Assembly (NCBI GenBank): GCA_045568015.1
Contig: JBJLBW010000017.1
Location: 1 to 36,310, forward strand
Reading direction: 5' to 3'
Source: Candidatus Poseidoniales archaeon
GTDB lineage: Archaea; Thermoplasmatota; Poseidoniia; Poseidoniales; Thalassarchaeaceae
DNA length: 36,310 bases
Every line of letters begins with the position of its first letter. The stretch's first letter is position 1. A program made the translations under genes and the position numbers. The notes under the pieces were generated by a model. It had not been told where the DNA came from, did no database searches, and saw only the letters and a list, made by a program, of their open reading frames with translations. Below, piece after piece: positions 1-10,900 of the stretch.

Positions 1-1
1 C

Positions 2-1417
2 ATGGACATGTTCGAGTGCGATCAGTCCATTTGCACAGTCGAGACTACCGCAGATTGGGCTGGAGAGCGCATGGTTACAGCAACTGTAACCGATGGCAAC
101 GGTGCCACCGCCTCCGACAGCATGTTGTTGTCTGTATGGAACTCGTATTCAATGGACGAGATCTTTGATTCTGGAGCCTCGATGAGTTACTCACTCGTGT
201 ATGGACCTATGGTCCAATATACTGTGACAGCAAGTGAATCAGGCATGCAATTTACGGGACAGGAACTCGGTAACAATGCCGGTTCATTTGACAGTGCGTT
301 GGTATTCGGCTTGGACGTATCCAATGTGATGATGCCTGCCGATATTGGCACTGAAACACTCACCGTCAATTTTGATGGCGATGCTGCGGAAGCTTGGGGC
401 CTATGGTTCAAGCGCACCGAATCAACACCATGGACATCTGTTGCAATGACACAGTCCGCAGGTGCTAACGGTGGCACAACCCTGACTTACTCACATGATG
501 GTGGTCTGTCAGGCAACCTCGGTGGCGGAACCTACGCGATCTTCGACGTTGCAACTGCAGGTGCACAGCCACCGGCAGCAGCCGTCTCGGGTCTAAGCGC
601 AGACTTGATGCCTGATGCTCGCGTTGAACTCACTTGGGGATACGGCGAAAACCCACAATTCGCAAGTGTTGACGCAGTGCACGTTTACTGGTGTGCTTGG
701 GCAGATGTAGATACTGCATGTGACCCACTCGCTGGAACTGCAATCGCTGGTGCAAGCCCTGACACAATGTCATGGCCACTCATCGGAACTGATGAAACAA
801 AGTACACCATCCGTGTGCAAACAGAGAACGGTAACGAAGATGCAAACAACCCAGGGGTAAAACTCACTGGTGGCGCAATGGACATCACCGTGACCGCAGA
901 TGGCAGTGTATCACCTGCACCAACACTCAGCAATGCAGCAGCAACCATGACATCCACAAATGATGGTCTAACCTTCACATGGGATGCAACAGGCACCGAT
1001 GACGTGTCCAAATGGCAGATCTGCTGGGCAGGAACTCAAGACATCGTGAACAGCGATTTCTCAAGCCTGTTGGGCAACAGCTGTGCAGAAACCGAAGACA
1101 CAACCACCTCGCTCACTGTGACCGAGCAGCAAATGTGTGGCGGTGCTTGCAACGCTGAGTTGTACTTCGGTATCGCAGGCCAAGACGCAGTCGGCAACGT
1201 AGCCGACCCAGGCGTCGATATGTATGCGAACATGAAGGACGGCCTCGAAGAGCCAGGCGTCATCGACACCACAGATCCTGGTGCTGAAGACGATGGTATG
1301 CCATCATCCGCAATTTACGCAATCATTGGATTGGTTGTTCTTGCGGTGATCGGCGGCGCTTTCATCCTAACCCGCGGCGCAGAAGCCGATGGTGAGGACA
1401 AAGAGTGGGATTACTGA
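2..1417 (+). CDS. 3' part of a secreted cell-surface protein (Ig/FN3-like modules, C-terminal TM anchor); true 5' end probably lies outside the window
   Basis: The frame is open from the window edge. Composition is Thr/Ala/Asp/Gly-rich, as in extracellular proteins. FN3-like stretches are present (ELTWGY...YTIRVQ, LTFTWDA...). One C-terminal hydrophobic helix (AIYAIIGLVVLAVIGGAFIL) is followed by a short charged tail (TRGAEADGEDKEWDY). Codon style (AAC/TAC/GGT) matches the giant gene downstream. Confidence 0.8.
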   Translation: MDMFECDQSICTVETTADWAGERMVTATVTDGNGATASDSMLLSVWNSYSMDEIFDSGASMSYSLVYGPMVQYTVTASESGMQFTGQELGNNAGSFDSALVFGLDVSNVMMPADIGTETLTVNFDGDAAEAWGLWFKRTESTPWTSVAMTQSAGANGGTTLTYSHDGGLSGNLGGGTYAIFDVATAGAQPPAAAVSGLSADLMPDARVELTWGYGENPQFASVDAVHVYWCAWADVDTACDPLAGTAIAGASPDTMSWPLIGTDETKYTIRVQTENGNEDANNPGVKLTGGAMDITVTADGSVSPAPTLSNAAATMTSTNDGLTFTWDATGTDDVSKWQICWAGTQDIVNSDFSSLLGNSCAETEDTTTSLTVTEQQMCGGACNAELYFGIAGQDAVGNVADPGVDMYANMKDGLEEPGVIDTTDPGAEDDGMPSSAIYAIIGLVVLAVIGGAFILTRGAEADGEDKEWDY

Positions 1418-1468
1418 GATCCCAAGGCCCTCGAAAGAAAACATGACCCGTCCTTGAGACGGTGACCC

Positions 1469-1504
1469 GGGCCGGGCCCCCTACGGGGGCCCGGCCCCTT
1501 TTTT
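1469..1504 (+). terminator. GC-rich hairpin followed by T6, 52 nt after the stop of the upstream gene
   Basis: GGGCCGGGCCCC (1469-1480) pairs perfectly with GGGGCCCGGCCC (1486-1497), with loop CTACG. TTTTTT follows at 1499-1504. Oligo-T is the usual archaeal termination signal. Confidence 0.6.
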
Positions 1505-1772
1505 CGTTTCAGGCTCTGAATCGTCCCGGTGATTGGGAAACTACTCCGGGTTTTACAAACAGGCACGCAGCACTACGTTTACATCACACTACCAATCACT
1601 GCGAAAACGGTAATAAATCTCTGATCTTCGAGATTATTTGGAGAATATTTTGACTCAATTCAGGATTGTTACAAATTGTTTGTACCAGTAATTTTCCGTC
1701 ATTCTGAGGGTACAAAAATTCCGACGCAGTTTACCGAACAGAATTGAGTAATCAAAGGGTTTGCACCCATAC

Positions 1773-1781
1773 GGTTATATC
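1773..1781 (+). promoter_or_regulatory. Candidate TATA-box-like element (GGTTATATC) upstream of the giant gene
   Basis: An A/T-rich hexamer TTATAT lies about 58 nt upstream of ATG 1836, in an otherwise mixed-composition spacer. It would give a roughly 30 nt leader containing GGGGT. There is no direct evidence for a TSS. Confidence 0.25.
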
Positions 1782-1835
1782 TACGTCAAAGCGTGGCAGG
1801 GCCTGTTCATAGGACACTCTGGGGTATGTGAATTG

Positions 1836-1919
1836 ATGACAAAAGAAAACAAGAAGGTGTTGGGCGGCAGTTGGCTGTTGCTCACGCTATTGATGATTGG
1901 AATGAGTTGGGCCCAAGCG
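1836..1919 (+). other. Sec-type signal peptide of the giant protein
   Basis: The segment has a basic n-region (KENKK), a hydrophobic core (WLLLTLLMIGM) and an AQA|V cleavage-like site. Confidence 0.7.
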
Positions 1920-4900
1920 GTACCACCTGCAGATGATGCTGTATCGACCACAACGGTTGATGAAGCTGAAGGAAATAATGCGGTGGATTCGTTTGCTCTC
2001 AATGTGGAGGAACATGCAGTGGATTACACTGCATTTGGTTACGCTGCCGAGGATGAACTCGTCGGAAGCAGAACCGCGACCTCCAAGACGTATGTGACGG
2101 AAGAGGGTAAGGTTGCAATTGTAGCCACAGATCCGATCCACTACCTTGATGATGAAGGTGTGTGGCAAGAGGTCGACCTGAACATCGAGTCGGAAACAAC
2201 AGGTTGGTCGGTGACTGAAAACACCTTCGATACCTACTTCGACAGCGATGTTAACAACGGTGTGGTAATACAAGTCGATGACAACATCGACGCCATCCGT
2301 ATGGGTATGAACCCTGTCGTTGTGCAAATGGAGCGCGATGTGTCAATGCCGATGGAGTACCAGCTCGACCTGACGGAAGAGCCTGTACAGACCGCCGGCA
2401 ATGTGCTGCGATATCCGATGGGTCAGGGCATTGCTCTTGACTACACGGTGACCAGCACACAGGTCAAGCAGAACCTGGTCATCCGTGACCAGCCGTTCTT
2501 CGGTCAGGAATTCTCTGGCTGGCTTGGTCTGCAGGAAGAAATGCTTCTTCCACACGGATACTCCGTCTTTGAAGGAACCAGTCCTCTACAAGAGGGTCAG
2601 GTCATGAAGACAAGTGAGCACTTCGAAATCCGAAACGTAGAGACTGGTGAACTGCTTGTAACAGTCCCAGCACCTCTGGTTTACGATTCCGATGCAACGG
2701 CGCTACCTGCGCTTGGTGAGTATTTCATCATGCAGGTCGGTCCTCACGTTCAACTAACCACCACGATTGACGCTGAGTGGCTAATGGACGAGAACCGCTC
2801 TTACCCGGTCATGATCGACCCAACAATCGATGTGACAGCTTCAACGACCTACTACACCTACAAGTATTCGATCAACTACGGTTGGACATCGTTTAGCTAT
2901 GAGCGAGCATATTCAACTTCGTTCATTTCTTACACTTGCAAGGGACAAGGTAATGCAGCGACCACGTGCACCAGTTCCTCCTCGTATCAAGGATACGTAA
3001 GGAACACAGTTCACCGCTTCAACTTGGCTAACACCATGCCAAGCGGTGCAACCGTTACTGGTGTTGACTACGAGAATCACGTCGGTCGTTACCGAACTGG
3101 TTCACGTTCCTTTGAAGTGGCAGTCATGAAGAGTGGCGCTTCTCAGAGCAGCACAATGATTGATCCGGCGAGTTACACATACAGTTCCGGTCTATACATC
3201 CACCGTTACTCTGCAAACTCTGCAGCATCGTCAGCCGCAACCACAATCAGTGACCCAGGTTACTACTATGGTTTCAACGCTGGAAGCATCAAGTCGATTA
3301 CAATGAATTCGAATGGTGAATCCGATGTTCAAGACGCAGTTGACGGCAATGGTGCAGGAAGCAGTGGACACATCCTAGGATTGGCTGTCCGCAACTCTGC
3401 AAACGCTCCAATGTGGTATTGGTGCACTCAAAATGCATACACATACTACGGATGCCAGAACAGTGCAGCATACAAGCCTCACCTTGAAATTTCATACACT
3501 GGTGGATCCGATACAACGGCTCCAGTTGCAGAACACGCTGCATTCGATGGTAAGACCACTTACCTCGATGGTGCACGAACAATGTACATGAGCGCAGTTG
3601 ACGCCAGTGGCGTCAACACCACGGCAGCAGGCGCACCCCACCTGTACTACCGTGTTGATGGCGGTTCATGGACCGCTGTTTCAGCAAGTACAATCGGCAC
3701 ATGTGTTGCTGGTGGTGCAGCATGTCACTTCAAGGCGACAATCCCTGGCCAGACCGCTCCGGCGACTGGCACTACGGAAGTCGAATATTACTGGGCATAC
3801 CGCGACGCCCCTGCTCCACCTAACGGTGGTGTATCGGGTACTACTGGCACGACCCCTGCCGGTGGAACAGGTATCCCAAGCAACATGCAGACACACCCAA
3901 GTTCACCTTACAGCTACGAAATCGAATCAGTCGACAACGCAGCAGATGGTGACAACAAGTGGCAAGTCAAGGCAAGTGGATGGAACTCCTACTCGTATTA
4001 CAGCGCACAGCGCTACTACGACTGGCAGATGACCTACTACGAGCCAAGCCGTGAATATCACATGGAATACGACACATCAGACTGTGGAACAGGATCTCTA
4101 TCCTGCTTCAACAGCGCTGCTGTCCTTGACCTACGATATCGCCCATCGACAACCCGCGTGTGCACCTCAACCTCCTGCCAATCGAGCATGGAGAAGGTCA
4201 CGATGCCAGGCCTGAGCATGAACGCTCGCAACGGTCCTGGTTCCGACGTGATTTGGTACCACGATGGTAGTTCATGGGGAATCATGGGCTACGAGGTCTC
4301 GAGTGGCAACGGCATTGAGCAGCCACAGGGAACTGGTACAATCTACACAGCATTGGACTACGGTAGCACTGATGACGGATATGTCAAGGTTGCAATTCCC
4401 GGTGACATCACCGGTTACTTCGGTTCGTTCTCATGGAACGCAACCTACAGCCTAAACAGTGCAAACCGCAACTTGTTCTGTGTGAACACGAACAACAACC
4501 CAATTATGTTCGTGCGTTCAACCTACACAGGTTCGACATACACCAACCCATGCTATGGTACGTACTACTACTACCGCTACAACTACGCATGGAACGGATG
4601 GTCTAACCCAGGATACGATGGTAAGGTCGACAACAGTTGGCAAATCAACTCCAAGGTCAGTTCAATCAAGCCAGCACCGGACACATTCCCACCGGAATTT
4701 GACCACCCTGGTTTGATGGATTCCTATGTTGACGATGACCGAACGTTGTCGATGAAGATCGGTGACGCTGGTGACCCACCAATGGGTCTGAACACCAATA
4801 CAACAGACAATGGTGACGGTCTCATCGGCCCATACATGCAGTACCGTGTCTACGACGCGGAAGCAGGCACATGGTCTGGCTGGACGACTCGCACCATGTC

Positions 4901-7900
4901 ACCAGATGCCGCTCGCAGTTCTTGTGAGATGGCCGCGTGCACATGGTCGACAAGTATCCCTGGCACAGACCGCGGAAACAGTGTCGAATACACACTACAC
5001 GCTGTGGACAACAATGGCAACTGGAACAACACCACTGCCCACTCCTACAGTGTCGGTACACCGACCAAGGTCTTCGTGATCGAGTGGCACGACATGACAG
5101 CTGGATTCAACTCCGGTTACAATGTCAACTATCAGGTCCGCCTGTATGATGTCACCAACGAAGTTGAGTTCGCGTACGACACGAACAGCAATGCATACTA
5201 CGACTACCAATACATTGGCTTCCAGAACCCTGGTGCCAGCATTGGTGAGATGCTACGCTCGCGTGGAGCAGGTTACATCGGCGGACAAAATCCGTTTGCC
5301 AATAACTACCGAATCGCAACTGATGGAAATGCGTATGGATACGAGACCTACTCTGCAGGTATGACTGAGTTGTTCAACTACGACGAAGTCTTCACCGGCA
5401 GCAACAACGGTTACCCATACACCTACTACTGCACACGTTACTTCACAAGCTACCGTGGAGACTGCAGTGCGGTAATCGATATTCCAAACGACTTCGAGTT
5501 CGAGTACTTCGGCAGCACCTTCAACGGAACACAGGGTCACAAGATCCACGCAATCCGCCACGGTGCAATGCAGTTCAGTACCTCAAGTTCGACCAACAGT
5601 GCACAGATGATGTCCTCTAACTGGGGAACGACCATGCCAAGCCTGCCAAACTCAGGTTCGTATGTTCGTAACATCGACTTGGCACCATGGTGGGGCTACT
5701 ACGCAGCGTACTACTGCTACTACAACTCTGGATCAGAGTGCAGTATCCGAACGAAGATGATTCCATTCGATGGAGCAGGTATGGACGTTACAGCGGACAT
5801 CACCACACCAACGATTTGGGATATCGAGCAGAGCCCAATCCGTGTGAACCCATCCAACGGTGACTGGCTATCCGTCAGTGCAGATCTAACGATTATGCCT
5901 GGTGTTGAAGTTCAGATTGCTGAGGGTAAGGGTATGGCCTTCACAGGTTCCTGTAACAAGTTGACCATGGAAGGTAACTCGACGTCCGAACCAGATGGAC
6001 CAATCACAATTAGCAACATGGGCACCAACTATGCTCAGGGTCTTGCATTCACCAACGGTGGATGTGCTGCAGGCACAGATGACCGTCACACGTTTGAAAA
6101 TGTGAACTTCGTGAACATGACCACCGCCATCAGTGCGGGCAGCCGCAACGGCGCTGCACCACACTACAACGGCAACGTGGGCAACTTCACAATGAGTGAC
6201 GTGACTTTCACAAACGTTGGAACAGCTATCAAGCACGGCAGTGGTCAAGGAACAGCCTTCGACCTGTCCGGTGTTGACATCAGCAACAGCGCAGATTCCT
6301 GTGTTGACCTGCCAGATGACGCAACGCTAACTTGGGTTGGCGGTTCGGCCACTGATTGTAACACGCACGCATATGCGGGTCAAGGTGCAGTCGTCACAGG
6401 TGATGGATCATCAATCATGATGGAGAACGTCGACATCACCGATGCAGCCGTCAACGGTATCATCGGTGAGGCGGACAGCCTGTGGTTGTCCAACGTGACA
6501 ATTGACGCAAGCAATGGCTTCTCATGGCAGCAGACCGGAACGGGTGTCGCCCAGACCGGAACTGCAAGCAGTGGTACTGATGCTTACTTCTTCAACGTAG
6601 ACATCAACAACTACAACGCAGCTCTGACAACCCACGCAACCGACAGCCTCCACATGGAGGGTGTTGACAGTACTGGTGACTCAAATGGTTACACAGTGAC
6701 ACCAGCTGGCTCAAGCAGCCCAGCGATTGGTGCTACTGGCTGGACCATGGACGGTCTCAGTGCAGAGGGCGGTCTAACGATGGCACGCACACAGCCTGCC
6801 ACCATGGACAACGTCGATCTTGGTGGTGCCATTCAACTATCTGGCACCGCACCAAGTTCAGACATGGTCTCTGGCAACACAGTTACAGCTGAAGGAATCA
6901 CCATCAATGGATGTGGTTGGAAGGTCGACATGCGCGACGTTACAATCGGTTCAGGTGGCTCCAACGGCGCCTGGGTGAGTGCAAACTGTGCATCGTCTGC
7001 AAGCAGCAACGTTGTAACCGTCGCAGACGGAACAATGGCTGGCAGTTCGTCCAACAATAACTACGCGTACGCGCGCAACAGCGTGCTGACCGTGGCCGAG
7101 ATGACCATGACTGGTATGACGGCCTTCGGTAGTAACGTTGCAAGCGCTGGCACCAACGGTGACATCCGCCTAATCGATGTGAACTTCGATGGTAACGACT
7201 GTCTTGATTCCAGCAACAGCGCCGACACGTCGGTCTGCTGGGTTGAAGCAGCATCCAGTTCCGCGAAGGTTTACTTCGGCGGCACAGGTACTGTCTCAGT
7301 CTATCGTTCAGGTAACAGTGGTAACGCCATGCAGCCGAACCACAATGTTGCAGCATCGGTTCACGACAGCTCAGGCACAGAATTGTTCGAAATTGGCACC
7401 AGTGTAACTGATGCCTCTGGAGCAGCAAACGTCTGGCTAATCACCGATCTTTACGAGCGTGACAACACTGGTGCAACCAGTTCCTCGGCTTCGTACACTG
7501 ACCACACACTCCGCGCAGCGGGTGGTGCAGGTCAGAACGTTACGGCGCCTACGGACCCATGGTACACAGCAAGCCACAACCCGGATTTCCCATCCAGTGA
7601 CCTACCTCTTGAGGTCGGTGCACACGTTTACCTCGCACTTGAGGCATTCCCGATGGACTTCGGTGGCGCAACGAAGGACTGCACGTTCTTCAGCACCAAC
7701 GATTCGGCTTCGTCTATGGATGGATACTACACCTACACCCGTCAAATCATCACCTTGTCCACGGACATGGTCTTGGACGGTTGCAGTGTTCACCTGCAAG
7801 GTACATCCCTACGAGTGAATGTCACATCGGGTAGCAACCCAACCATCACTCTGCGCAATGGCGCTGAGTTACTCATCAGTGAGTGGGATGGCGACTTCGG

Positions 7901-10900
7901 CCACATCAAGGCCCAGTCCAGTGCTTACCCATGGTCGATGGATCTTGCAGACGGCGGTCAGTTGACCATCGATGCAGGTTCAATCCGTGACATGAGCGGC
8001 GGCCTAACGGTCGGCGACGGTGGCACATTGGAGATGCGCAACGGTTCGATTGCCTTGGGTAGTCCAAACGCGGCAGCAAGCACAGCAACCGTGGATGTTG
8101 ACGGCGGAACACTGGTCGTCAACAACGCGCAGGTTCAGAATGCCAACTCTGGTGTCGGTATCCGCCTACACAACACGGCGGCAAGCAGCCTCTCAAACGT
8201 CCTTGTCAAGAACTCGGCAGTGGGCATTGAGGTAACTGATGCAGCACCGACCATTGATGGATTCACACTAACCGACAACACGGTTGGTATGTCCGTCGAT
8301 GGTGGTATGAGTCTACCAACACTGTTCCGCTCGACCATCCTCAGTGGCCAGTCAGCTGGTTGGACCACGCACGCGATTGACATTACTTCGTTCGCGAAGC
8401 AGAACAACTACGTGCAAATCGGTGTCAACACTGTGTATGATGGTGGTAACTCGGACCCAATCTACGGTTCGTACTACGCCAAGTACTTCATGACCACAGA
8501 TCGCTGGCGAATCGCAGTCGATGACGGCAGCGGTTTGACCAACGTCACTGACTCGAGTGTGACCGGTTACTACCCATGGGGCAACAACGACCCAGCGGTA
8601 ACTGCCGGAACTCACACCTACGATGGTGGTAACGGTGGTTCACCAGTTTGGGATTGCAACCTATACGGTTACCGATACAACCCTGGTGGTTCCTATCAGT
8701 ATGCGTATTACTACTACTTCATCGCCTACGGCGGTGGAGCGTACTCAAGCGCAGGCAGTTACAACATGGAGCCTAACGAATTCGGATTCCGAATGGAGAG
8801 TGCAGATGGAGTTACAGCGAACACCAACTACTACCCATACCACTTCTGGGCAAGTTACTGGCCGAGCTTCTACTATTCCGGAACATACGCACCTCCTGAG
8901 GGCTTCAACGGAATGTGGGGCAGCTACAACGTCTGTCAAGACTACGCATATGGCCCAGCAACACCGAAGCCAGCCGGTTACCGAATCGCTTACCCGATTG
9001 TTGACACCAGCAGCGCAAACATCGACCAAGTCGTTGTTTACGTCGACATGGTTCACTACGGTGCTGACTACTTCCAGGACCGCCTAGACTTCACAGTCCG
9101 TGCGGCCAACTCGGTTACTGATCTATTGAACAAGGATTACAGCCGTGACTTCGGAACAGCAGACATCAGCAACGGTCAGATTACCGGTGCAGACACTGGT
9201 ATCGAAATCGGTGGCGACCGCGCATCCGGCGACTTTAGCGGCATCACCATCACCGACCCAACGAATGAGGGAGTCCTCATTTCGGGTAGTGTTGGAGCAA
9301 CCATGGACCAGATTACGGTTCAAGATGGTCGCTATGGTGTCCGAATGGGCAGCGCAGCGGGCGGCAAGTTGGTTCTAACCAATGTAGATCTGGACAACCA
9401 GACAAACGATGGTATCGTTCTATCCAAGGCAATGAACCTTGAGTTGAGTGGAACCATCCAGAACGCTGGTTACTGTGGTCTCAAGGTCCTCGCATCGAAC
9501 GATGCAGACTGGGCGTTCGAAGGCTTGACGCTGAACAACAACGCAGTCGGTATCACACACGATGGTGCAGGAACCCTGTTCATGTCTGACACGAACATGG
9601 TTGGAAACACCGACGATGTCACAATGAGTGGCTCCGCACAAATGGATTATCTCGAAGGTGATATCACCGAATCGAAGGTAACGACCACTGGTGGATCGAA
9701 GTTTACACGCCTGCGAGCATTGGACGTGACAATCACCGCTGATTCAAGTGGTGTTGATGGAGCGCCGGTCAAGATATTGAATGCTGACAGTTTGGTTGTG
9801 GATTCAGGAACAACTGACGCGAACGGTGACGTCAATGGTATGTCATTCGTCACCTGGTCCAAGGATTCATCCGGTCTAACAACCGAGAATCTCGCTGGCT
9901 ACCAGTTGGTGACAATTGCAACCATTGACTATACCTCTGGTTCGACGATTGACGCTCGGTATGCGATTAACACAATTTCGCTGACCGACGCACCGGGCAA
10001 TTCGGCAAGCACTGCTTTGACAACCTCGATTGACGCGCGTACGTGCTACAGTTACTCCACGACAAGTTATGACTTCCATGAACCTTGTACTGGACTGAAC
10101 TATCGAAGCTCACGCACGGTCGATGGTGTTCTTGAGATTGGTTACTACAACTCTCGCAGTGACATGACCAACATGGTCATCCAGATGGATACACCATGGA
10201 ACTATGCAGATATCGGAACTGGTTCACAATCGTTCAACGGTTCAACCCTTTTGATTACTGGATGTTACAACAGCGAGGCTCGGATTTACCCGATCTATCC
10301 ATACCAAGGACACATCTACATGGAGGATACAACAATCATTGCAATGTGTGATGAGTCTGGAAACAAGGGTGCGAGCAGCTTCCGTATTGGATACTCTGGA
10401 ACCTACAGTTACGGTAACTTCCACATCAACGACACCAAGATGCTTGGATTGAAGACCATCGCAACTGGTAGTGGTTACTACCAGAACAACGGTGACCTCG
10501 AAGTGACCAACAGCCTGTTGGTTCACTACGAGTCGTCCACCAACGTTCGCTCGTCTTCGATCTTCTACGATGACATGTGTATCCAGACCTCTGGATTCGA
10601 TGACGTAGAAATCTCGGGCAACACGATGGTTGACTGTGGTGTTGGTGTATTCGTACCCAACAACTTCTATGCGACTTCCACATACTACGGTGGTAACGGT
10701 CAGCAGAGACTGGATGTCAGTGACAACACATTGGTTGACTGTGTCAACCTCTGTATGTGGTTCTACATCGGAGCGAACTCATACGATGCAGAGTTCAATG
10801 GCAACACGATTGAAGGCACTCCGCCTCGATATGGTGTTTACAGCCAGGACAGCACATTGATGAACGTCGAAATCGATGGCAACGACATCTATGCTGACAA

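Noticed and set aside
1462-1653. 63-aa ORF (GTG start) in the spacer between the two surface-protein genes
   Set aside because: It begins inside the GC hairpin/T6 terminator, and its first 14 codons are simply the hairpin read as Pro/Gly/Ala. It has no recognisable motif and does not use the local codon dialect, so it is most likely non-coding spacer.
1616-1716. Small inverted repeats in the 418-nt spacer (AATCTC..GAGATT at 1616-1635; TTTGTACC at 1679-1686 vs GGTACAAA at 1709-1716) as operator sites or a small RNA
   Set aside because: The stems are 6-8 nt and A/T-rich in an A/T-rich spacer, which is well within chance expectation. They have no supporting context.
1761-1835. Upstream extension of the giant ORF to TTG 1761 as given in the ORF track
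   Set aside because: The extra 25 residues (MHPYGYIYVKAWQGLFIGHSGVCEL) have no signal-peptide character and would bury the clear signal peptide that starts at ATG 1836. The candidate TATA-like element also lies inside the extension.
6940-7428. Antisense ORFs inside the giant gene (for example 6940-7428, 12035-12493, 13650-14078, all on the minus strand)
   Set aside because: They are Arg/Cys/His/Ser-rich translations typical of the reverse strand of a biased coding region. They have no motifs or independent start signals and lie entirely within a strongly supported 13.8 kb CDS.
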